DNA from: an uncultured Pseudomonadales bacterium
Lineage (GTDB): Bacteria; Patescibacteriota; Microgenomatia; UBA1400; PJMF01
Length of the DNA: 49,194 nucleotides
Direction: 5' to 3'
Assembly (NCBI GenBank): GCA_964452285.1
Contig: CAYVKW010000003.1
Location: 1-49,194, forward strand
In this document: positions 16,092-24,282 of the stretch, one piece after another
Layout of the letters: the number at the start of each line of letters is the position of its first letter
Position numbering within the stretch: position 1 is the stretch's first letter
The notes under the pieces: generated by a model
What the model was told of the DNA's origin: nothing
The model's database searches: none
The model's input: only the letters and a program-made list of their open reading frames with translations
Program-made: the position numbers and the translations under genes

Positions 16092-16130
16092 CCAGGCGCG
16101 TGAGAAAATTGTTTTTTCTCACGCGCCTGG
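16092..16130 (-). other. Perfect 17-bp GC-rich hairpin between ndk and tRNA-Arg(CCG): a processing, stabiliser or U-tract-less terminator structure
   Basis: ccaggcgcgtgagaaaa (16092-16108), loop ttgtt, ttttctcacgcgcctgg (16114-16130), with perfect complementarity. On the transcribed (minus) strand it is followed by CTGA and then the tRNA 5' end, not by a U-run. Confidence 0.6.
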
Positions 16131-16150
16131 TCTTCATCCTAAACTCACGT

Positions 16151-16624
16151 TTACATCACCTCGTAATCGGCGTAGATTACACTATCAATCACACTGTGAT
16201 AAGAAAAAATTTCATTGCTATTGAAAACAATGGCTATTTCTCTTTCTGCATCATCCAAAGTTGCCGATGCATGAATCAAATTATATTGTTGACTCATACC
16301 AAAATCTCCTCGAATTGAGCCACCTTCTGCCTCGCGCCCCAAAGTCGTGCCAACCAATTTTCGCACCACTTTTACCGCATCAATTCCTTCCCACACCATT
16401 GCCACAATTGGCATTGTTTCCATAAAAGTTTTCAAATCATTAAAAAAGCTCTTGTCTTTATGTTCTGCGTACCAATCAGAAAGCATTTCATCACTCATAT
16501 TGAGCATTTTCATTCCTACTAATTTCAGACCTTTGCGCTCAAAACGAGAGATAATTTCTCCGATTAAGCCTCTTTGTAAACCATCTGGTTTTACCAAGAC
16601 CGCTGTTCTTTGTGGTTTCATCAT
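16151..16624 (-). CDS. ndk: Nucleoside diphosphate kinase
   Basis: RTAVLVKPDGLQRGLIGEIISRFERKGLKLVGMKM. The catalytic His lies in NLIHASAT, where the usual context is N-x-x-HGSDS. 157 aa. SD-like AAGGGA upstream. Confidence 0.9.
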   Translation of the reverse strand: MMKPQRTAVLVKPDGLQRGLIGEIISRFERKGLKLVGMKMLNMSDEMLSDWYAEHKDKSFFNDLKTFMETMPIVAMVWEGIDAVKVVRKLVGTTLGREAEGGSIRGDFGMSQQYNLIHASATLDDAEREIAIVFNSNEIFSYHSVIDSVIYADYEVM

Positions 16625-16653
16625 TTCCCTTTCTTTTTATACTTCTTTTCTTT

Positions 16654-16662
16654 ATTATATCA
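16654..16662 (-). promoter_or_regulatory. Extended -10 (TGATATAAT) for ndk, immediately downstream of the M16 peptidase stop codon
   Basis: The + strand reads attatatca at 16654-16662. A 29-nt leader with AAGGGA precedes the ndk ATG at 16624. Confidence 0.45.
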
Positions 16663-17967
16663 TCAATCTTGACCAACAATTTTTTCAATTACTGCTCGGT
16701 CTTTATCTTTAATATCGCCAATTAATGCCAATCTTAATTGATCCTTTTTAATTAGATCCTGCGCTAAAGTTCGCACCTCATCTAGAGACACTGCCGCCAG
16801 ACTTTTAAGTCTTTCATCTATCGTTACCACTTTACCCGTCAGAAGTTGTCTCATTCCATAACTAATAGCCAAATTATGAGTACTCTCTTGCGCCAAAGTT
16901 AAATTCCCAGACAAATAATTTTTTGCTTTCACTAGTTCTTTTTCCGTAATTGCCCCCTCGCCTCGATCCAAATTCTGAAACTGTTCCACCGTTACTTTTA
17001 CCGCTTCAGTTAATTTCTCAGGATTTACGCCGGCGCCGGCGCCAAAAAATCCAGCATCACTAAAAGTGTCCGTCTGGCTATTAATGTAATAACACAGGCC
17101 TCTTTGTTCTCTTACTTGTAGAAACAATCTTGAGCTCATATTTCCTCCCAAGATCGTTGACAAAAGCGCTAGTGCATCCTCTCTTTTATCAAAATGATTA
17201 ATCCCTGGCCAACCTAAAATAAAATGCACTTGCTCCGTTTTTCGATTTTCCACATGCAATTTTGGGCCATATTGGAAATCTTTTATCCAAGTTGCTTCTT
17301 GACTTGGATGTTCCGTCATTTTACCAGTAAAATCAAAACTTTCTTCAATTTTCTTCGTCACATCCGGCGCCAAAATTGCCTCCGCTTTCCCTGCCAGAAC
17401 CACCAATAAATTTCCCGCTCCATACCACTGGTTCATAAACTCGGCAAAATTATTCTTTTGCAATTTTGCTACCGTTGCCTTTTCCCCCAAAATATTATGC
17501 GCCACTCCATTGCCCGCATAAAACATCTCATTAAACAAAATCGAGTTGTAACTCGCCGGCTGATCTTCATACATATGCATTTCTTCGAAAATCACTCCTC
17601 GTTCCTTATCGATGTCTTCCTGCTTCAGCAGCGGCGCTGTCGTCAGCTGTCCCAATACTTGCAAACTCAAAAACAAATCTTTGCTCGCGCTTCTAATATA
17701 AAAAGCCGTTCCTTCCTCGCTAGTAAAAGCATTAAACTGGGCGCCCATGCTATCCACCGTTTCCGAAAGTACTCTCGTTGTCGGATACAATTTCGTTCCT
17801 TTAAAAACCATGTGTTCCAAAAAATGCGCTAGCCCATATTCCTCTGGTTTTTCATAACGAGAACCTGTTTTTGCAAAAACCACCACTGACGCTGATTCCA
17901 CTCCTTGCACAGGTATTCTCATTACTGTCAAACCACTTTGCAATTTTTCTACCGTATATTTTTTCAT
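16663..17967 (-). CDS. M16-family (pitrilysin/insulinase-like) zinc peptidase
   Basis: HxxEH zinc motif in LAHFLEHMVFKGT. 434 aa with the two-domain M16 layout. The only gene in the window that ends in TGA. Confidence 0.88.
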   Translation of the reverse strand: MKKYTVEKLQSGLTVMRIPVQGVESASVVVFAKTGSRYEKPEEYGLAHFLEHMVFKGTKLYPTTRVLSETVDSMGAQFNAFTSEEGTAFYIRSASKDLFLSLQVLGQLTTAPLLKQEDIDKERGVIFEEMHMYEDQPASYNSILFNEMFYAGNGVAHNILGEKATVAKLQKNNFAEFMNQWYGAGNLLVVLAGKAEAILAPDVTKKIEESFDFTGKMTEHPSQEATWIKDFQYGPKLHVENRKTEQVHFILGWPGINHFDKREDALALLSTILGGNMSSRLFLQVREQRGLCYYINSQTDTFSDAGFFGAGAGVNPEKLTEAVKVTVEQFQNLDRGEGAITEKELVKAKNYLSGNLTLAQESTHNLAISYGMRQLLTGKVVTIDERLKSLAAVSLDEVRTLAQDLIKKDQLRLALIGDIKDKDRAVIEKIVGQD

Positions 17968-18089
17968 CTTTCTTCCTTTTCTTTATTTTATTTTCCGTTT
18001 TATCTCAATTTTCTCGCTGCCTCACCCCTCTGACTTTGATATTTCTTTTATATCATTTTTATATAGAACTCACTAGTTTGATACAGCTT

Positions 18090-19883
18090 TTACATTTTAT
18101 CAGGTATTTGTATCCCTAATATATCCAAACCAGCAGTTAATATCATTTCTGTCACCCTCGCCAAACTCAACCGCCGCAAATTTCCTCCCACTTTTTCGCC
18201 ATTATAAAAATAATTAAACTTCTGTGCTAAGCTATATAAATAACCCGTCAGCACATGTGGCGCCAAATTAGTTGTTGCCATCTTCACTGCCATTTCAAAT
18301 TTCAATAATTCATTTAACAAACCTTTTTCATCCTCACTCCAATTTTCCATTTTCAACCCAATTTTATTCAGAAATTCCTCTTTCTTCTCTTTTCCCCACC
18401 ATTTCCAGAGGGCGACCTCATCAAATACCTCATTTTCGCTTTTTTTCTCCAAACTCCTCAATCTCACCACACTATATTGCATATAAGCTCCCGAATTCCC
18501 TTTCAAATTGAGCATCTCGTCCAAATTAAAATCAATATCATTAATCGCTTCACGCGACAAGTCATTCCATTTAATTGCCCCGATTGCAATAATTTCTGCA
18601 TTTTTTTCATTAATATCTTCATTTAACTCTTTCACTCTTTCTTCTGCCGTTTTTATCACGTCTTTCAACCAGATCACTTCACCTTTCCGTGTCGACATTT
18701 TTCTATCTTTAAATCTATATAGTCCATGCGCAATATGCACCCTCTGACCAGCTTGGAACCAATTTAACATCCTCTCAGTTTCAAAAAGTTGTTTGAAGTA
18801 CAAACTTTGTTCTTTACCCACCTCGTTAATGATTTTTATATCTGGTCCATATTGATCCAAACGAAATTTATCAATTGCCAAATCTCTAGTGGCATAGATA
18901 CTAGTTCCATCTTGTTTGATAATTATCAGCGGTGGTAGTTTTTTTTCTGGCGCAAATTCTACAATTTGCGCCCCTCGACTTTCCTTCAACAACCCCTTTG
19001 ATTTTAGTTCTTTCACCACTTCTTCACTCAAGTTCACTGCAAAACTTTCACCGTAACCTTTGCCATCGTTTTCAGTAAATTGAACACATAATTTCTTATA
19101 AATTGAGTCAAACTCTTTCATTGAAATATCAATGATATTTTGCCACATTGATAAATATTTTTCATCACCATTTTCTAACTCAAAAAAAACTCTTCTTGCT
19201 TCATCATTTAACGTCTCATCCTTTTCTGCCTCCTCATGAAACCGCACATACAAGTCCACTAGTTTTTTTATTGGATCAGCATCTTTCTTTATGTCTTCTA
19301 AGTCTCCCCATCTTTCCAAAGCCACCAATTGTTTACCAAACTGGGTGCCCCAATCGCCAATATGGTTATCTCTCTTCACTTCATAGCCGCTTATTGTCAA
19401 CAGATTGGCAATCGCCGCTCCAATAATAGTTGATCTTAGATGTCCAATAGTAAATGGTTTGGCAATATTTGGCGAAGAAAACTCCACTAGCACTTTTTTT
19501 CCTTCACCCAAATTTACTGTTTCCAATTCTTCCTTTTCCAAAATGTCCGCTAATTGCTGCACCTTTATTTCTGAATGCAAATAAAAATTCAAAAACCCCG
19601 CCCCAGCTATCTCCATTTTCTCTATTATCTTGATAAGAGCCTGATCTTCTTCCAATTTTTCTTTGACATATTGACCCCACTCTTGCAAAGTTTTCGCCAA
19701 ATTAGCCCGTTTGGCTTCTTTCCACGACACTAACACCACATTACTTGCAAAATCTCCAAATTGAGGCTCTGGTGACCTCTCCAGGCTAAAATTTAGATGG
19801 TCCGAAACCTTTATATCTAAATGCTCCAATACTTTCTCAATTGCTCCTGAAATTTCTCGTTCTGCTTCTTGCATTCTGCTCAT
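18090..19883 (-). CDS. argS: Arginine--tRNA ligase
   Basis: Class I signatures SSPNIAKPFTIGHLRSTIIG (HIGH region) and KMSTRKG (KMSK). C-terminal anticodon-binding DALR-like domain. 597 aa. Confidence 0.95.
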   Translation of the reverse strand: MSRMQEAEREISGAIEKVLEHLDIKVSDHLNFSLERSPEPQFGDFASNVVLVSWKEAKRANLAKTLQEWGQYVKEKLEEDQALIKIIEKMEIAGAGFLNFYLHSEIKVQQLADILEKEELETVNLGEGKKVLVEFSSPNIAKPFTIGHLRSTIIGAAIANLLTISGYEVKRDNHIGDWGTQFGKQLVALERWGDLEDIKKDADPIKKLVDLYVRFHEEAEKDETLNDEARRVFFELENGDEKYLSMWQNIIDISMKEFDSIYKKLCVQFTENDGKGYGESFAVNLSEEVVKELKSKGLLKESRGAQIVEFAPEKKLPPLIIIKQDGTSIYATRDLAIDKFRLDQYGPDIKIINEVGKEQSLYFKQLFETERMLNWFQAGQRVHIAHGLYRFKDRKMSTRKGEVIWLKDVIKTAEERVKELNEDINEKNAEIIAIGAIKWNDLSREAINDIDFNLDEMLNLKGNSGAYMQYSVVRLRSLEKKSENEVFDEVALWKWWGKEKKEEFLNKIGLKMENWSEDEKGLLNELLKFEMAVKMATTNLAPHVLTGYLYSLAQKFNYFYNGEKVGGNLRRLSLARVTEMILTAGLDILGIQIPDKM

Positions 19884-19891
19884 ATATTGAT

Positions 19892-19900
19892 ATTATATCA
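19892..19900 (-). promoter_or_regulatory. Extended -10 promoter (TGATATAAT), 8 nt upstream of the argS ATG
   Basis: The + strand reads attatatca at 19892-19900. On the minus strand this is TGATATAAT-atcaatat-ATG. It is embedded in a near-palindrome, attgatataatatcaat. Confidence 0.55.
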
Positions 19901-19984
19901 ATAGTTCAGACAACTGCCACCATCAATTTCCAACTACCAGACATTTTAAAAAACCTTCCGTTCTAGTTTCTTATTTTCGTTTGC

Positions 19985-20947
19985 TTAATTCTTTTCCCCT
20001 GGCATCTTTTTCTCAGTTTCGTAGATCAGTTCTCCATTTTTTACTATTAAAACTACTTTGCCAAGCAAATCCGTTCTTAATACTGTTGAATTTATCGCTT
20101 GGAGTCTTTCTAATGTCTCTGCGCCTGGATGCCCAAAATTATTGTCCTGTCCACAACTAATCAAAGAAATTTCGGGTTGAAGAATAGTTAAAAAATCAAG
20201 CGTAGATGACAATTTTGAGCCATGATGCGGCACTTTTAGACCATCAATTTTCTTTAGCAGACCACTACCAATCATTGCTAATTCGGTGTTCTTAGCAATG
20301 TCACCTGCTAATAGAAAGTTTTTGTCTTCAATTTGCATTTTTATCACGATAGAACCGTTATTATAATCAATATTTTTATGTTCAATTTTTTTCAACATAT
20401 CCGATAAGTCTTCAAAAGTATTTTTATAGGAAAAAATATTTCCAGGCAGAACTTGTTGACTATGCCACAATACTTGCCAACAGATAGATTTTGTCTCGCA
20501 ATTTGTTTGCGCCATCACCGGCGACGAAATTTTTAAACCTTCATTTTTCTGTTTCAGCTGCAATAAATTAAAAAAGTCTTCAAATTCCGCACTTTCTTTT
20601 CCTAAATTATCTAAAACAATTTCTTTCACTTGATAACGCTTTAAAACCTCAATTAACCCTCCAAAATGATCCAAGTCTGTATGAGTCAAAATTATTTTCT
20701 CTATTACTTTGTCATTATAAGGCATCTCTTCCTCTAGACAGTGTAGAACTAACGCATCTGGCCCTCCATCAATCAGCATTTGTTTATCATCTTGAGTAAC
20801 TAGTATTGCATCTCCTTGGCCTACGTCACACATCACTAGTCTGGGAAAATTTCTTTCTTCTGCTTTCCTCTGGCCATCCACTAATTCTAGAATTAAAGCA
20901 AAAAGCCAGAGCAATCCGAGCGCTTTCGTCTTCCATTTATTCCACAT
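19985..20947 (-). CDS. Membrane-anchored MBL-fold hydrolase matching the C-terminal beta-lactamase-like domain of ComEC, encoded as a separate ORF
   Basis: N-terminal TM (ALGLLWLFALILELV). MBL motifs VMCDVGQGDAILV, ILTHTDLDHFGG, FLLAGD and LKVPHHGS. Its ATG overlaps the end of the upstream comEC ORF by 11 nt (ATGTGGAATAA). Confidence 0.85.
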   Translation of the reverse strand: MWNKWKTKALGLLWLFALILELVDGQRKAEERNFPRLVMCDVGQGDAILVTQDDKQMLIDGGPDALVLHCLEEEMPYNDKVIEKIILTHTDLDHFGGLIEVLKRYQVKEIVLDNLGKESAEFEDFFNLLQLKQKNEGLKISSPVMAQTNCETKSICWQVLWHSQQVLPGNIFSYKNTFEDLSDMLKKIEHKNIDYNNGSIVIKMQIEDKNFLLAGDIAKNTELAMIGSGLLKKIDGLKVPHHGSKLSSTLDFLTILQPEISLISCGQDNNFGHPGAETLERLQAINSTVLRTDLLGKVVLIVKNGELIYETEKKMPGEKN

Positions 20948-22316
20948 ATACTCGCTTTTTCCTCCTTTTTAAATACAAATAAAACACGAATAATAACCAA
21001 AAGAAATAATAAACATAGTAGTAATAAACTGGTATTTTATCTTCCAATTCCCAAATATTTCCAAACCTAGCTAAATAAAGATTCAAGCCTTTGTAAAATA
21101 AATTTAAACTTAATTCTAGATAAAATTTTAAAGGATTAATCAATATTATTTTAAATAAAACAGACAAATTTGCTAAAGGAGAAAAAAGCACAAAACAAAT
21201 CCCTAGAGTAATAATTAACACTAAAATACCCGAAAAAAGCACTGTTGCTAGAATGCTCCACCAAGCATACTTTTGAAAAACCAATAGCGTAATCGGTAAA
21301 GTCAATACTTGAGCTGCCAAAGATACCCCAATTAAACCAGCAATTGTCTGAAAAAATTTTAAAATCGTCTTTTTAGACCATTTAAGCGGTTTGCCAGATA
21401 TTGATTCACCTCTATATTGGGATAAAATATCCATCATATTCGTCATTTCTCCTGCAAATAGCAAAATTCCCAATGTAGCTACAAAGCTCAAGAGAAAGCC
21501 CACATTAAATACATTTAAGATCATATAGTTGAACATTAAAATAAAAGATAAAAACAAAATCAAAACTCCTTTCGTTTGTTTATAAAAAAAATAGCGACCA
21601 ATAAAGGAAAAAGTCATCATCAAACCAGCTCGCACTATAGACAATGGACTGCCAACTAACAAAATATAAATTAGCATTCCAGGCAAAAATAAAAACTTTG
21701 CTTTTTTCTTACCCAAGCTCTTATTTAAAATCGTTGGCACAATTGTCATTACTACTCCCAGATGAAAACCAGAAACAGCTACCATATGAGACAGACCAGC
21801 TCGAGAGAACTCATCTTTTAAGGCAGGACTAAACTGGAAAATTCTCGTTCCTAAAGTTAAAGCAGTTAATAATTGCAGGTTTTCCCCGGAAAAGTAAATC
21901 TGTAATGAACCCAATAAGTTTTTACGTCCTTTAAGCAAAAAATCTTCTAAATTGGCGAAACTTTGACCAAGGTAAAAAGAAACCAAACTTCTCTTATTTG
22001 TATTTTGATAAAAATGCGATACTTCAAGGTTATCTTGCCACTTCAGTCTTTTATCAGTCACAGAGTTCACCCTGCCAACTATCGTATATTCTTCGCCTAT
22101 TTTTAGTGTTTCGCATTTTTGAATAACGAAGTCAAAACCTTCTTTAGTCTGGAAACGACAATTGGGGGGATAATAATGAACAAAAATTCCAATTTCTAGC
22201 ACTTGTCCATTGCATAGTGCTAAGTTTCGTTTTTTTGAAAAAAAATTAAAAATAGAACCAAAAATCATTATTGCAATCAATATCAAAGTATATTTTGCCG
22301 ATCGATTTTTTCTCAT
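20937..22316 (-). CDS. comEC: ComEC/Rec2 DNA-uptake channel (OB/DUF4131-like N-terminal region plus competence domain), lacking the MBL domain
   Basis: Competence-domain motif AGLSHMVAVSGFHLGVV and many TM helices. 459 aa. Confidence 0.85.
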   Translation of the reverse strand: MRKNRSAKYTLILIAIMIFGSIFNFFSKKRNLALCNGQVLEIGIFVHYYPPNCRFQTKEGFDFVIQKCETLKIGEEYTIVGRVNSVTDKRLKWQDNLEVSHFYQNTNKRSLVSFYLGQSFANLEDFLLKGRKNLLGSLQIYFSGENLQLLTALTLGTRIFQFSPALKDEFSRAGLSHMVAVSGFHLGVVMTIVPTILNKSLGKKKAKFLFLPGMLIYILLVGSPLSIVRAGLMMTFSFIGRYFFYKQTKGVLILFLSFILMFNYMILNVFNVGFLLSFVATLGILLFAGEMTNMMDILSQYRGESISGKPLKWSKKTILKFFQTIAGLIGVSLAAQVLTLPITLLVFQKYAWWSILATVLFSGILVLIITLGICFVLFSPLANLSVLFKIILINPLKFYLELSLNLFYKGLNLYLARFGNIWELEDKIPVYYYYVYYFFWLLFVFYLYLKRRKKRVYVE

Positions 22317-22351
22317 TTATTTTACTTCAATTTTTACACCGAAAATATCAG

Positions 22352-23032
22352 CTATAATGCAATTAAATTCTTAATTTCGTTAAAAATTTTTTCACTAATA
22401 ATTTTGTCATTTAATAGCTGATCTATTTTCGTATAAGGTCTACCATCTATAATAGCCTGTCCTTTGACCTCTCCTATACCAGACAATTGGGTTAATTCTT
22501 TTAAAGAAGCTTTATTAATTGAAATCAAGGTTGTAACAGTACTTTGACCAGATCTGGTATCATCGGACTCGAACACTATCTCTTCATTTAGAACCTCCTC
22601 TTTATAAGGCACGTAGTATTTATTACCGTCTATCACCAACCCAGCTAAATTCATATTTTTTTGCAACCACCAGATATCAACCATTTGAGTTTCAAATCCT
22701 CCCGCCACTTTAATCAAATCAGCTAGTCTTTTACCCTCCGGCAATACATAGACTCCCGGATTTTTGACTGCTCCACCGATATCTAGAATTACACTTTTTA
22801 TTTCCTCCACATCATCATTTATAGCTACAGCTGCTTCAGGTTTAATGTAAGAGACCGTCTGATCTGTCAAAATCGGCTCTTTTTCTTTTTTGCTAATCAT
22901 TAACCACAAAAGTATATATCCGCCTGAAATTAGTAGACATAAACCGACCGCCAACCATAACCAGTTTCGCCACTTTTTAATTTGCCATTTTTGTCCCAAG
23001 ATATTAATCATTTTCGTCTTTCTTTCGTTCAA
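22352..23032 (-). CDS. comEA: ComEA-type DNA receptor (SLBB domain plus tandem helix-hairpin-helix)
   Basis: TM anchor. SLBB-like IGGAVKNPGVYVLPEGKRLADLIKVAGG. HhH region INKASLKELTQLSGIGEVKGQAIIDGRPY. An alternative start exists at 23011 (MINILGQ...). Confidence 0.85.
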   Translation of the reverse strand: MNERKTKMINILGQKWQIKKWRNWLWLAVGLCLLISGGYILLWLMISKKEKEPILTDQTVSYIKPEAAVAINDDVEEIKSVILDIGGAVKNPGVYVLPEGKRLADLIKVAGGFETQMVDIWWLQKNMNLAGLVIDGNKYYVPYKEEVLNEEIVFESDDTRSGQSTVTTLISINKASLKELTQLSGIGEVKGQAIIDGRPYTKIDQLLNDKIISEKIFNEIKNLIAL

Positions 23033-24028
23033 TTATTCACACTATTATGACAAAAAAATGATAATTTTTTTGTTTCGGTCATATTTTTGGTTCATAATTT
23101 TAACTCATTTTTACTTTTTTTTATTTCCGCATTATTCCAATATTATTCCCGCAAACTCAAGAAAAATAATTAACGCAAAAAATTTAAAAAGATTATAAAT
23201 ATATCAAAAGTTACTTTTTCATTGATAAATTTTTTGCCAATTTTAAAAACCGAAATTTACTCAAGAAAACTTTTTACCAGATTGACTAAAACCATTGAAT
23301 TTGGTTCAGCCAGATATAAACCAGATTAAAATCAGTTATCTTCATCTTTCAAAGATTAATATGGAGCAGATTCTTTTCAGTTTCGGTTATCTTTCATTAC
23401 CAAAACTTAATCAGTTATAATTTCGTCTTTATCTCAATTAATTTAGATTAATTTGATATTACCTATCAATCATAATAAATTCAGCATTTTTTGCTTTAGC
23501 AAATGTTAGCTGACAGTGATAAAACCAGACTAACAAATATTTTTTTAGTTTTTCGCTCATTTTAAACAATTTCGGTTTTTTATGCTCTTGTTAGCTCTTT
23601 TTTTCTTCATTATTTTTTTCTCTTTTTCCGAATCTTTTATTTTAATTATTTCTCTATTTTACTTTTTTTAATCACGCTGAGTATTCTTTTTCAATTTGTT
23701 TTACCTTTTTTATTTTCTCACCTCGCTTTATTTACTTACACCCAAACTTTTCCCCTCCTACTATCATCTTCCTTTAGCCTTCTCTCTCAAAATTTAAACC
23801 ATTAAAAACTAAGTTCTTTCATAAAAAACACCATTATTAATTGTTCAATTTTTCAGCCAATTAATCTTTAGCTATTTCATTAACGCCTACTGAGCTTGCT
23901 TAGCCTTTCCAATTACTTGCTCTCTCAAATCTATTACATAGTTTAATGCTTTTTCTGCAACAATTTTTTTACGCATTTTTTACAAAGAAAACAATTGTTT
24001 TACTTTTTTCTTTACTTGACCTAAATTC

Positions 24029-24070
24029 ATGCAAAAATTGCGATAATAGTTATTATCGCAATTTTTGCAT
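24029..24070. repeat. Perfect 42-bp palindrome (20-bp arms, 2-nt centre): candidate operator or divergent promoter element
   Basis: atgcaaaaattgcgataata-gt-tattatcgcaatttttgcat. I checked base by base that the right arm is the exact reverse complement of the left. Each arm carries TGCGATAAT, an extended -10-like sequence. TTGACC lies at 24016-24021. Confidence 0.9.
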
Positions 24071-24264
24071 ATAAAAAATCAATTTCCGCACCCTTCATTT
24101 CTTTCTCTTTTATCACTTCACTATCACCAAAACTGCTTTTATAATGCAATAAATTCATCTCTTCGTTTTTCCTCTTCTTTTTTCTTTTCCCATTTTCCCA
24201 TTCTTTTATTTAAAAATGCAGCTCTTATGCCTCTTACAAACAGCTTGAAATTGCCCATCAAAGC

Positions 24265-24273
24265 TGCTAAAAT
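24265..24273 (+). promoter_or_regulatory. Extended -10 promoter (TGCTAAAAT), 9 nt upstream of the ATG at 24283
   Basis: Read directly: ctgctaaaat-aatcttatt-ATG. Confidence 0.45.
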
Positions 24274-24282
24274 AATCTTATT

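Noticed and set aside
23580-23800. CRISPR array or other short tandem repeats in T-rich intergenic stretches
   Set aside because: There is no regularly spaced direct repeat of 24-40 nt, only low-complexity T/C runs. No cas genes are present.
23033-24282. Replication origin (oriC) in the long AT-rich gap
   Set aside because: I found no cluster of TTATCCACA-like DnaA boxes, only weak TTATC fragments. No dnaA or dnaN gene is nearby. The C>G skew has the same sign on both sides of the gap.
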